DNA of 33,859 bases from Deltaproteobacteria bacterium. GTDB lineage: Bacteria; Desulfobacterota; Desulfobacteria; Desulfobacterales; B30-G6. The notes under the pieces are model-generated. The model did not search any database. It saw only the letters and a program-made list of their open reading frames with translations, and was not told the origin of the DNA. The stretch is taken from contig JAFDAT010000004.1 in assembly GCA_019313725.1 (NCBI GenBank), positions 1-33,859 of the forward strand, given 5' to 3'. The translations under genes and the position numbers were made by a program. Shown piece by piece: positions 6,871 to 16,002 of the stretch (its first letter is position 1; every line of letters starts with the position of its first letter).

Positions 6871-9186
6871 ATGAAACTTGACAGACGATCGTTTATCAAA
6901 CTCATGGCCATGAACAGTGCCGCGACAGCCGCTGCGACGCTGTTCCCGGGCGTAAGCTTTGGCGCGTGGAGTACAACCGAGATGGCTTCGGGAGGTATTT
7001 TATGGAAGAAAACACCCTGTCGGTTTTGTGGTACGGGGTGCAGTCTTCTTGTTGGTGTTTCCGGTGACCGGGCCGTGGCAGTAAAAGGTGACCCCAACTG
7101 TACGGTCAATAAGGGACTGTGTTGTGTTAAAGGCTATCACTCCATCCAGATTCTCTACGGCAAGGATCGGATTCAGAAGGCACTGGTTCGCAAAAATGGG
7201 AAAATGGTGGAAGTCCCGGTGGCGGAGGCCCTTGATCTGGTAGCGAGAAAAATGCAGGAGACCATCCAGGTGCATGGGAAGGATGCCGTGGCCATGTATG
7301 GCTCAGGGCAATGGTCCATAACGGATGGGTATGTGGCTTCCAAATTGTTCAAGGGCTGCATCGGCACCAATAATGTTGAAGCAAATGCCCGTCTCTGTAT
7401 GGCCAGTGCCGTTACCGGGTGCATAACGACCTTCGGTCTGGACGAACCCATGGGGTGCTATGAAGATATCGAAAAGGCCGATGTCTTTGTCACCTGGGGT
7501 AATAATATGGCCGAAATGCACCCCGTTTTATTTTCCCGTATGCTGGCAACACGCAAAAATAGAACCCATGTTAAAATTATCGATTTCGCAACCCGTACCA
7601 CACGATCAAGCCTGGCGGCGGACCGATCGATCCTCTTTCGGCCCCAGACGGACCTGGCCGTTGCCAACGCCATCTGTTATGAGATCATTCGCAATGGGTG
7701 GGTGAATTGGGATTTTGTGAACAAGCACGTCTCTTTTCACAAGGGAAAAACCAACATCGGATATGGCACTGAAGATCACTTCAAATTTAAAGACAAGGCC
7801 GAGACCGTTGATTTCAATGCATTAAAATTGTTTTTAAAAGATTACACGCCGGAAAATGTTGAGAAAATATCCGGTGTACCGGCCAAGGACATAAAATATT
7901 TGGCTGCGCTTTACGGTGATCCGGATAAAAAGGTAACCTCCTTCTGGACCATGGGAATGAACCAGCACACCCGCGGCACCTGGATCAACAACCTCGTCTA
8001 CAACATCCATTTGCTCACCGGGAAAATTTCCTCTCCAGGTAACAGCCCCTTCTCCCTGACCGGTCAACCCAGCGCGTGCGGTACTGTTCGTGAAGTCGGA
8101 ACGTTGACGCATAAACTTCCCCATGGTGTCGTTATGAATCCCGACCACCGTAAAATGGCGGCCAGGATATGGGATGTACCTGTGGAAAATATTGACCCCA
8201 AGCCCACTTATCACACCGTCGAGATGTTCAGAGCTCTCGACAGGGGGGACATTCGCTTTATGTGGATTCAGGTCACCAATCCCATGGTGACCATGCCCAA
8301 TCTGCGGCGTTACCGGGACGGTGCCGAGAAAGAGGGCCGATTTGTTGTTGTTTCCGAGATATACCCCACACCCACATCCGATATCGCGGACGTAATTCTG
8401 CCCTCGGCTCTGTGGATCGAACGGGAAGGTTTTTTTGGGAATTCGGAAAGACGAACACAGCACAATGAGCAGATCGTACCCATGCCCGGGGAAACCGTGA
8501 GCAATACCTGGCAGATCATGGAGGTGGCCAGGAAAATGGGCTTCGAAAAGCAGTTCCCCTGGAGCGAAGAGACTTATATCGAAGACATATGGAACGAGTA
8601 TATCCAGTTCCACGATTCCCCAAAGCATCGCATGGCCCCCTTTAAAGTCCTCAAGGAAAGATCCGGCGTTCAGTGGCCGTATGTCAATGGCATGGAAACC
8701 AAATGGCGGTACAACGCCAAGTATGATCCAGCCTGCAAACAGAAAGATTTCGATTTCTACGGCAAAAAGGATCACCGCGCCTGGATATGGCTGCGGCCTT
8801 ATGAACCGCCCGCAGAGTCCCCGGACAGCGAATACCCCTTCTGGCTCAATACCGGTCGGGTCCTGGAGCACTGGCACACCGGATCCATGACGCGCCGGGT
8901 ACCGATCCTGCATAAAGCCATGCCGGAATCATATGTGGAAATCAATCCGGACGATGCTGCCAGGATGGGTATTACAAACGGCAGCGATGTTAAAATCAGT
9001 TCCCGAAGAGGCTCATTGGTGATGAAGGCAATGATCAACGGTCGGGGGAATCCGCCGAGAGGTATGGTCTTTGTTCCATTTTTTGATGAAAAGTATTTGA
9101 TAAACGAGGTGACCCTGGATGCTTTCTGTCCCATATCCAAACAACCAGATTACAAAAAATGCGCCGTAAAACTGGAGAGGGCCTAA
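6871..9186 (+). CDS. napA: periplasmic nitrate reductase catalytic subunit (Mo-bisMGD, Tat-exported)
   Basis: 771 aa. It has a Tat signal 'DRRSFIKLMAMNSAATAAA', an N-terminal 4Fe-4S motif 'CRFCGTGC...C' and an 'ARLCMASAVTG' segment resembling the Cys Mo-ligand region of NapA. napD and napB flank it. Confidence 0.85.
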   Translation: MKLDRRSFIKLMAMNSAATAAATLFPGVSFGAWSTTEMASGGILWKKTPCRFCGTGCSLLVGVSGDRAVAVKGDPNCTVNKGLCCVKGYHSIQILYGKDRIQKALVRKNGKMVEVPVAEALDLVARKMQETIQVHGKDAVAMYGSGQWSITDGYVASKLFKGCIGTNNVEANARLCMASAVTGCITTFGLDEPMGCYEDIEKADVFVTWGNNMAEMHPVLFSRMLATRKNRTHVKIIDFATRTTRSSLAADRSILFRPQTDLAVANAICYEIIRNGWVNWDFVNKHVSFHKGKTNIGYGTEDHFKFKDKAETVDFNALKLFLKDYTPENVEKISGVPAKDIKYLAALYGDPDKKVTSFWTMGMNQHTRGTWINNLVYNIHLLTGKISSPGNSPFSLTGQPSACGTVREVGTLTHKLPHGVVMNPDHRKMAARIWDVPVENIDPKPTYHTVEMFRALDRGDIRFMWIQVTNPMVTMPNLRRYRDGAEKEGRFVVVSEIYPTPTSDIADVILPSALWIEREGFFGNSERRTQHNEQIVPMPGETVSNTWQIMEVARKMGFEKQFPWSEETYIEDIWNEYIQFHDSPKHRMAPFKVLKERSGVQWPYVNGMETKWRYNAKYDPACKQKDFDFYGKKDHRAWIWLRPYEPPAESPDSEYPFWLNTGRVLEHWHTGSMTRRVPILHKAMPESYVEINPDDAARMGITNGSDVKISSRRGSLVMKAMINGRGNPPRGMVFVPFFDEKYLINEVTLDAFCPISKQPDYKKCAVKLERA

Positions 9187-9854
9187 TGGAAACGTCAAAT
9201 CGAAAACTGGGCAAGGTTTTTCTCGCCTTTGCTGGAATCTGTGTCCTGGCACTGCCAGCGATTGTGTTTTGGGCGCTATCATACGGGCCGGACGAGATCG
9301 AGGCCGCAACGGTGGAAACCAGTCAGACAACATTCGATGAAAATAGTGCCACAATCTTTGTGTCTCACGATGCGTTAACCCGATCGTACCTGGAAGGAAC
9401 ATCCAGTCAGCGTACCCTCGAGGAATACTACTCCAGGCGGCAATATTCCGGATCCCCTCCCTGGATACCCCACAAGGTGGAAGATGAATCCCGCGAGAGG
9501 ATTGCCTGCCTGACCTGTCACGAAAAGGGCGGGTGGACGGAGACGTTGAAAAGGCATACGCCGGTGACACCGCACCCGGAGAACACCTACTGCAGGCAAT
9601 GCCATGTCAAAATGGAAACGGAAGATCTTTTTGTCGACATCAACTGGAAGAGTATCCTGCCACCGCGCCTGGGCCGGTCCCACCTGCCGGGCGGACCACC
9701 GCCGATTCCCCATGACCTTCAAATGCGTGGCGACTGTATCGCCTGTCATGTGGGTCCGGGAGCGGTTGCGGCCATTCGGGTAGACCATCCATCCCGTGGA
9801 AATTGCCGGCAATGCCACGTTCCGGATTCATTTACGGGATTGTTTCAAAGATAA
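9186..9854 (+). CDS. napB: tandem-duplicated NapB-like tetrahaem cytochrome c with an N-terminal hydrophobic anchor or signal
   Basis: I prefer the ATG at 9186, which overlaps the napA stop as TAATG, over the ORF-track start at 9159. There are two complete NapB units: 'PPWIPH..CLTCH..TPHPE..YCRQCHV' and 'PPPIPH..CIACH..VDHP..NCRQCHVP'. That gives four CxxCH motifs. Confidence 0.7.
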   Translation: METSNRKLGKVFLAFAGICVLALPAIVFWALSYGPDEIEAATVETSQTTFDENSATIFVSHDALTRSYLEGTSSQRTLEEYYSRRQYSGSPPWIPHKVEDESRERIACLTCHEKGGWTETLKRHTPVTPHPENTYCRQCHVKMETEDLFVDINWKSILPPRLGRSHLPGGPPPIPHDLQMRGDCIACHVGPGAVAAIRVDHPSRGNCRQCHVPDSFTGLFQR

Positions 9855-9879
9855 CAAATACGCTACCATCAAGGATGTT

Positions 9880-10500
9880 ATGAAAACACCCAAACAAAAG
9901 AAATATGGCTTGGCGACCGTGCTTGGGCTGATGATCATCCTGACCGGATGGAATGCCTTCTCGGAAAAAGGCGGTGTCGTCCAGACCATTAAAAATGCAA
10001 CCTCTACCTTTGATAACGGATCTGTGGAATCAGTACCACCGGTCCCTGAAGATACCGTTCTCGCCCAGGTGAGGTACCAGGGAGGGACCTTCCGTGTCGA
10101 AACCCGCAAGGATAAGGTCAAGCGCTTCCAATGCAGCCAATGCCACAACAACCAGCCGGTGGCTATCGCCAATGCAGTGGAAACAGCCCATGGAGACATC
10201 ACTCTCAACCATGGGGACAAGGTCAAACAGCTGGCCTGTTTTACGTGTCACGACAAGGACAACCGGGATGTTCTGATTACTGAAAAAGGTACAAAAGTGG
10301 ACATGGATCACAGTTACCAGTTGTGCGGGCAGTGCCATTTCAGACAGAAAAAGGATTGGATCGGCGGCGCCCACGGGAAGCGCGTCTCCTGGTGGGCAGG
10401 CGAGCGGGTCGTAAAAAACTGTGCTTCATGCCATGATCCGCATGCACCGCGTTTTGAAAAGCGATGGCCGAAAACCTACTCACGTCCTTTCACCGAATAG
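9880..10500 (+). CDS. membrane-anchored tetrahaem c-type cytochrome
   Basis: I prefer the ATG at 9880, preceded by AAGGA at 9871-9875. It has an N-terminal TM segment 'YGLATVLGLMIILTGW' and four CxxCH motifs (CSQCH, CFTCH, CGQCH, CASCH). Confidence 0.75.
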   Translation: MKTPKQKKYGLATVLGLMIILTGWNAFSEKGGVVQTIKNATSTFDNGSVESVPPVPEDTVLAQVRYQGGTFRVETRKDKVKRFQCSQCHNNQPVAIANAVETAHGDITLNHGDKVKQLACFTCHDKDNRDVLITEKGTKVDMDHSYQLCGQCHFRQKKDWIGGAHGKRVSWWAGERVVKNCASCHDPHAPRFEKRWPKTYSRPFTE

Positions 10501-10508
10501 GAAAAAAT

Positions 10509-11483
10509 ATGGGTTTTTTGAAAAATAAAAGCGGCAGGCAACAGATCACAGACGAGCATCGACCGTGTCAGGATTCAGGCCGGCGGGAATTTCTAAAAAA
10601 AGCCGTGAAAGCCGCTGCAATTGGTGGTACCGCCGTGGTTACCGGTTGCCAGGCACCGGGGCTGCTCGGCTCTAAAGAAGAATTTGCCTTACAGTTTCAG
10701 GAGTATTTTAAAGCGCATTACCGCCTTATGACCGAAAAAGAAAGAGATACTACCATTACACGTCTGGAAAGACTGGCCAAACTTCAAAAGAACGTAGATG
10801 TCCAGATAAGCTCAAAGGAAGCAATGCCAGGCGTTCTTTTTGGCTATGGCTTCAACGTTACCCGGTGTGAAGGGTATATGGAATGCGTGTCCGCCTGTGT
10901 CAGGGAAAACAACCTGGACAGAAAAAGTAATATGCAATATATCCGCATATTCGAGATGGAGCCCGGTCAGATGACACCTGATGCGGGCCAGGGTAAGTTC
11001 TTTAATGAAGTGCCGGTGGACGGCCGTTTTTATATGGGGGCGCAATGTAACCATTGTGACAATGCACCTTGCATAAAGGCTTGTCCCACTAAAGCCACGT
11101 ATAGAGAGCCCGATGGAATTGTCGTGGTTGACTATGACTGGTGCATCGGGTGCCGGTACTGTATGGCCGCGTGTCCTTATTACGGCCGCCGGTTCAACTG
11201 GAACGAACCGGTGGTGCCGGTAAAAGAAATAACAAAAAAGCAGCATTATTTGGGCAACAGGCAGCGGCGGCGGGGGCAGATGGAAAAATGCACGTTCTGT
11301 GTGCAGAGGACCCGCGAGGGCCGGCTACCGGCCTGTGCTGAAGCGTGCCCTACCGGGGCAAGAATTTTCGGGAACCTGCTGGACCCCAAAAGCGAGATCC
11401 GGTTTGTCCTGGAAAACAAAAAAGTTTTCCGCTGGAAAGAAGAATTAGGAACAGATCCAAAATTTTGGTATTTTATTGACTAA
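10509..11483 (+). CDS. Tat-exported four-cluster FeS protein (NrfC/PsrB/HybA/QrcC-like)
   Basis: I prefer the ATG at 10509, with AGGA just upstream. The Tat motif is 'GRREFLKKA'. Cys groups are 'CEGYMECVSAC', 'CNHCDNAPCIKACP', 'CIGCRYCMAACP' and 'CTFC..CAEACP'. Confidence 0.8.
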   Translation: MGFLKNKSGRQQITDEHRPCQDSGRREFLKKAVKAAAIGGTAVVTGCQAPGLLGSKEEFALQFQEYFKAHYRLMTEKERDTTITRLERLAKLQKNVDVQISSKEAMPGVLFGYGFNVTRCEGYMECVSACVRENNLDRKSNMQYIRIFEMEPGQMTPDAGQGKFFNEVPVDGRFYMGAQCNHCDNAPCIKACPTKATYREPDGIVVVDYDWCIGCRYCMAACPYYGRRFNWNEPVVPVKEITKKQHYLGNRQRRRGQMEKCTFCVQRTREGRLPACAEACPTGARIFGNLLDPKSEIRFVLENKKVFRWKEELGTDPKFWYFID

Positions 11484-11498
11484 AAGTAAGGAAATACA

Positions 11499-12728
11499 AT
11501 GACTCAGAAATCTTCCGTAAGGCAGATGATCGGCTTTATTACTGATGTCACCAGGTGGAGTTTATCCGGCGGAATTGGTTACCAGCTGTTTTTATGTTTA
11601 CTGGTTGTCTTCATGATGCTTGGTGTATTTGCCTATCTGGTTCAATGGAAGCTGGGCCTGGCTGTAACCCATATGTCCGATATCGTCAGCTGGGGTTTTT
11701 ACATCGCCAACTTTACCTTTCTGGTGGGTGTTGCGGCCGCAGCAGTCATGTTGATCCTGCCTTCCTATATTTTCAAGGATAAGGATTTTCACCATGTCGT
11801 TATTATTGGTGAAGTCGTCGCCATCGGCGCATTGGTTATGAGCATGACGTTTGTGTTTGTGGATCTGGGCCGTCCCCTGCAGGGATGGCACATCATTCCC
11901 ATCATCGGTCTTTTTAACTGGCCATCTTCGCTGCTCACCTGGGACATACTTGTGCTTAACGTCTATCTGGTTTTGAACCTGTCGATTCCGGCATATATTT
12001 TATATTGTCATTACAACCAGGTAGAACCAGATCCCAGAAAATATCGCCCCTTTGTATTTATTTCTATATTCTGGGCATTCGGCATCCATCTGATCACGGC
12101 CTTTTTGTATGAAGGTTTGCCGGCCAGACCTTTCTGGAACAATCCCTTGATGGGGCCAAGGTTTCTGGCATCTGCTTTTGCCGCCGGGCCGGCCCTGATA
12201 ACCGTATTACTGGTTATCATTCATAACACCACGGTTTTCAAGATCCCAAAACAGACTTTTAATAAATTGAGACTGATCATCGTCATTTCAGCCATCATCA
12301 ACCTGATCATGCTCTTTTCGGAAGTGTTCAAGGAGTTTTATTTCCCCACTCACCATAGCCTGTCCGCCGAATACCTCTATTTCGGCCTGGATGGCCATAA
12401 TTCACTGGTTCCCTGGATCTGGACAGCTATCAGTATCAACATCATCGGCACACTGCTCCTGGCTTTCAACCCGGGCAAGAACAAACCCATGCTTCTGCTA
12501 CCTGCCTGCATACTGCTTTTTGTTGGCATCTGGATAGAAAAAGGGATCGGATTGATCGTCCCGGGTCTGGTACCCTCGCCCTTGGGTGAAGTGGTTTCCT
12601 ATGCGCCAAGCTGGGTGGAAATCAGTATTGCGCTTGGTATTCTGGCCCTGGGCATGTTCGTCGTGACCATGCTGCTGAAACCGGCTTTAATCATCGAACA
12701 CCGATTTAAAGCGGAAAAGCCCTCCTAA
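11499..12728 (+). CDS. NrfD/PsrC-family integral membrane quinone-interacting subunit
   Basis: 409 aa and highly hydrophobic, with about 10 predicted TM segments by eye. It sits directly after the FeS subunit, as in Psr/Nrf/Hmc/Qrc modules. AAGGA RBS. Confidence 0.75.
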   Translation: MTQKSSVRQMIGFITDVTRWSLSGGIGYQLFLCLLVVFMMLGVFAYLVQWKLGLAVTHMSDIVSWGFYIANFTFLVGVAAAAVMLILPSYIFKDKDFHHVVIIGEVVAIGALVMSMTFVFVDLGRPLQGWHIIPIIGLFNWPSSLLTWDILVLNVYLVLNLSIPAYILYCHYNQVEPDPRKYRPFVFISIFWAFGIHLITAFLYEGLPARPFWNNPLMGPRFLASAFAAGPALITVLLVIIHNTTVFKIPKQTFNKLRLIIVISAIINLIMLFSEVFKEFYFPTHHSLSAEYLYFGLDGHNSLVPWIWTAISINIIGTLLLAFNPGKNKPMLLLPACILLFVGIWIEKGIGLIVPGLVPSPLGEVVSYAPSWVEISIALGILALGMFVVTMLLKPALIIEHRFKAEKPS

Positions 12729-12864
12729 CTTCCCCCCCGGGACAAGCCTTCGAAAAGTTGAAAGTTACCCGAATGTGCATATCTTTACCCTAACGTTCTT
12801 GTAACATCACCCTATCAGATCTCAACAACACAGCCTGTGGTTCAGGTTGTCAAGGGAGTGTTAA

Positions 12865-15864
12865 ATGCCCATATTGAAAAACCTGATTTTCCTGATCATG
12901 ATGGTGACCCCCGCTTTGGGCTGGGGAACTGAACTCTTCTATGTACTTGACGTCAGCATCGACACCACCATGAAGCGCTTGAGCGGAACCGCCCATTTGT
13001 CGAGCGGGCATGCCCGGGAAGTGCGACTGGCAATCAACAACCTAAGCAACATCACCGTCGATGGAAAGCAGGTACCCGACACATCCAATGGCATGATCAC
13101 CGTGGGGGTCGGTAACGGCAGATCCACCGTTGTGCGCTACGACGCCGTCTTCGACGGATCACCGGCCGGCCAATCCATCGGCCAACCAATCGGCCAACCA
13201 ATCGGAATGATCGATGCGACTCACGTTTTTCTCATGGCCGGTTGGTTTCCGGTGCCGGAAGGGCTGGCCCGGTACACACTTTCGGTGACCCTGCCCCGGA
13301 AGTTCAAAGCCGTATCCGAGGCCGAAAACGTTTCCGTGGCCTATGCCGAAACGCAGGCCACCCATCTGTTCCAGTTCGAGCATCCCCTGGACGGTCTGCA
13401 CCTGGCGGCATCAACAAATTTTGAAGTCCGGCAGGACAAATATAACGATATTGTCATCGAATCCTATTTTTTCAAAGAAGACGCCGCCCTCGCCGACACT
13501 TACATCGCGCATACCAAAAAATATCTGGAACTTTACGAGTCCATCCTGACCCCCTACCCCTACAAACGTTTTGCCATCGTGGAAAATATCCTGCCCACCG
13601 GCTACTCCATGCCCACCTTCACCCTTTTGGGACATGCGGTGGTCAAACTGCCCTTTATCGTAAAAACATCCCTGGCCCATGAAATCCTGCACCAGTGGTT
13701 TGGCAATTATGTCTACATCGATCATGTCCACGGTAATTGGGCCGAGGGGCTGACCACCTACCTGTCCGATTACCTGCTCGAAGAAAAGCAGGGTCGCGGC
13801 AGGGCTTACCGCAAACAGGTCATGGTGGATTTCGAGGCCTATGTCAATGCCGGCAATGCCGTACCGGTGAGCCATTTTCAGTACCGCAGCAGCAAGGCAC
13901 TGAGCACTATCGGCTATGGCAGGACCGCCATGTTTTTCCACGGGCTGAGAAAGCGTTTCGGAGATGAAACCTTTTTCAACGCCATGGTCGATTTCATCCA
14001 TGACAACCGGCTGCAGACAGCCTCATGGCACGACATTCAACAATCATTCGAAAATAATTCCGGGGACAAACTCGATGACTATTTCGACACCTGGCTCAAC
14101 CGCGCGGACATCCCCCGCCTGACTGTCGCCGAGGGCATGCTCGAAGTTCAGGATGGAATCCCCGTACTCAAATTCACCCTGCAGCAACGGGAGGAACCCT
14201 TCCCGCTCGACATTCCCATTCAGGTGCATACCGAAAGCTGCATCAAAACCCTATCGGTCCGCATGGATAGTCAAGAGCAGGCATTCACGCTTGAACTGGA
14301 CAGCCTGCCCACAAAAGTCATCCTGGACGAGAATTACGACCTGATGCGGCACCTGGTCCAGGCAGAAAAGCCACCTGTGCTGGCCGGCATCATGGGCCTG
14401 GAAAAATTGACTGTTGTCGTTGAAAAAAAACTGCAGCCCATCTATGGTCCCCTGATCAAGGCATTGGGTGTCCGGAAAATCGACATGGCTACACCGGGTG
14501 ACATCCGCTTTTCAGCACTCAAAGAAAATTCACTTGTCATCTGCGGTTACGACAATCCGGTGGCCAAGACCCTGCTTGGCGGGCCGATACCCCCGGGCAC
14601 CGGCCTGGGCCTCAAGGTCTTCAAACACCCCTACAGCGAGGATGGTCTGATATTGCTGATCCATGCCAGGGATATGCAGGAAACCCTTGCCGTTCAACGC
14701 AAACTGCGCCACTACGGCAAATACAGCGAGCTGACCTTCGATCAAGGCAGAATAATCACTAAAAAAAGAGTTGAAACGGGTAACGGCATGCGCATACTTG
14801 AATATCCGGCACCCCTTGCGCTCCGGCCCGGCCACGATCCGACCTTGGGGCAGACCATGGACGTACTCTTAAAAAGCCGTGTGATTTTCGTGGGGGAAAA
14901 ACACGACCGCTACGCCCACCACATGCACCAGCTCGAAATCATCCGGCACCTGTTTGCTTCTGGGGCGGAAGTGGCCGTGGGCATGGAGATGTTTCACCAG
15001 CCCTATCAGGTTGCCGTGGATGATTACCTGGCCGGCAGAATCGATGAACGTGAGTTTCTTAAACAATCCCGTTACTATGAAGAGTGGCGCTATGATTACG
15101 GCCTTTACAAACCCATCGTTGATTTTCTAAAAACCAACGACATCCCGCTGGTGGCCCTGAACATACCGGGGGACATCAGCAAGCAGGTCGCCAGAAAAGG
15201 GTTGGAAAGTTTGAGTGATGCTCAGAAAGCCCGGCTGCCCGCTGAACTCGATTTTTCAAACGAAGCATATCAAAATGACCTGAAGGATGTGTTTTCCCTG
15301 CACGGCGATAAGACCGGCATCAATGAATTCAACTTTTTTCTCCAGGCCCAGGTGCTGTGGGATGAAAGCATGGCCGACCGGGCCTTTCGCTTTCTCGAAA
15401 ACAATCCCGGACGTAAACTGGTCATCCTGGCCGGCAACGGGCACATCCGACACGGGTACGGTGTTCCCCAACGGCTTTTCCGGCGGTCCGGGGAGCCTTA
15501 CACCGTTATCGTTCAGGATGAAGCCCTGGAAGAAGACATTGCCGACTATGTGCTCCTAACCACCGAGATCAAAGGAAACCCCGCACCCAAACTCGGGGTC
15601 ATGGTCGAAGAAAAGGACAGTGCGCTGACCATTGCCGGCATCAGTAAAAACGGACCTGCTGAAAAAGCAGGGCTAAATCAAGGCGACATTATCCAGGCAT
15701 TTGACGGACAGACGATTGCAGCCCTGGCCGACCTGAAAATCGCCCTCTATTTCTGCCGGAAGGACCAGACCACAACCATCCGAATCCTCAGGGATGACCA
15801 GACGCTGGACAAGGACATTACCCTGTTCGAATTCAATTCCTTCAGCATGCATGGAAAAAAGTAA
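12865..15864 (+). CDS. secreted multidomain protein: M1-like gluzincin domain + ChaN/Tiki-superfamily domain + C-terminal PDZ
   Basis: 999 aa with signal peptide 'LIFLIMMVTPALGWG'. The gluzincin motif is 'HEILHQWFGN...WAEGLTTY' (HExxH plus a distal Glu). The ChaN/Tiki-like part reads 'VIFVGEKHDRYAHH..VGMEMF..LAGNGHIRHGYGVP'. The PDZ domain reads 'ISKNGPAEKAGLNQGDIIQAFDGQ'. Confidence 0.65.
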   Translation: MPILKNLIFLIMMVTPALGWGTELFYVLDVSIDTTMKRLSGTAHLSSGHAREVRLAINNLSNITVDGKQVPDTSNGMITVGVGNGRSTVVRYDAVFDGSPAGQSIGQPIGQPIGMIDATHVFLMAGWFPVPEGLARYTLSVTLPRKFKAVSEAENVSVAYAETQATHLFQFEHPLDGLHLAASTNFEVRQDKYNDIVIESYFFKEDAALADTYIAHTKKYLELYESILTPYPYKRFAIVENILPTGYSMPTFTLLGHAVVKLPFIVKTSLAHEILHQWFGNYVYIDHVHGNWAEGLTTYLSDYLLEEKQGRGRAYRKQVMVDFEAYVNAGNAVPVSHFQYRSSKALSTIGYGRTAMFFHGLRKRFGDETFFNAMVDFIHDNRLQTASWHDIQQSFENNSGDKLDDYFDTWLNRADIPRLTVAEGMLEVQDGIPVLKFTLQQREEPFPLDIPIQVHTESCIKTLSVRMDSQEQAFTLELDSLPTKVILDENYDLMRHLVQAEKPPVLAGIMGLEKLTVVVEKKLQPIYGPLIKALGVRKIDMATPGDIRFSALKENSLVICGYDNPVAKTLLGGPIPPGTGLGLKVFKHPYSEDGLILLIHARDMQETLAVQRKLRHYGKYSELTFDQGRIITKKRVETGNGMRILEYPAPLALRPGHDPTLGQTMDVLLKSRVIFVGEKHDRYAHHMHQLEIIRHLFASGAEVAVGMEMFHQPYQVAVDDYLAGRIDEREFLKQSRYYEEWRYDYGLYKPIVDFLKTNDIPLVALNIPGDISKQVARKGLESLSDAQKARLPAELDFSNEAYQNDLKDVFSLHGDKTGINEFNFFLQAQVLWDESMADRAFRFLENNPGRKLVILAGNGHIRHGYGVPQRLFRRSGEPYTVIVQDEALEEDIADYVLLTTEIKGNPAPKLGVMVEEKDSALTIAGISKNGPAEKAGLNQGDIIQAFDGQTIAALADLKIALYFCRKDQTTTIRILRDDQTLDKDITLFEFNSFSMHGKK
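13168..13203 (+). repeat. in-frame 12-bp x3 tandem repeat inside the 999-aa gene
   Basis: The three units are ggccaatccatc, ggccaaccaatc and ggccaaccaatc. They encode GQSI-GQPI-GQPI. Confidence 0.9.
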
Positions 15865-16002
15865 AGAATCCTGGCCCCGAGGACGAGGCGTTGCGTTGCC
15901 GCTGGAAAGGGCTCTATCACAGATCACATGAACCAGAGAGTTCAGAAACCGGAAGTTACCGAAAAAAGTTGAACATTGAACGTTCATCTAAAGGAACCCG
16001 TT

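Noticed and set aside
7834-8913. 359-aa ORF on the minus strand
   Set aside because: It is antisense to napA, which has unambiguous Tat, FeS and Mo-ligand motifs. Shadow ORF.
9159-9185. Upstream ORF-track start codons: 9159 for napB, and likewise 9796, 10464, 15976 and 20597 for the following genes
   Set aside because: In each case a downstream ATG has a proper SD or stop-start coupling and removes a long overlap with the preceding gene. The N-terminal extensions have no signal-peptide logic.
13411-14001. 196-aa ORF on the minus strand
   Set aside because: It is antisense to the HExxH region of the 999-aa gene and has no independent support.
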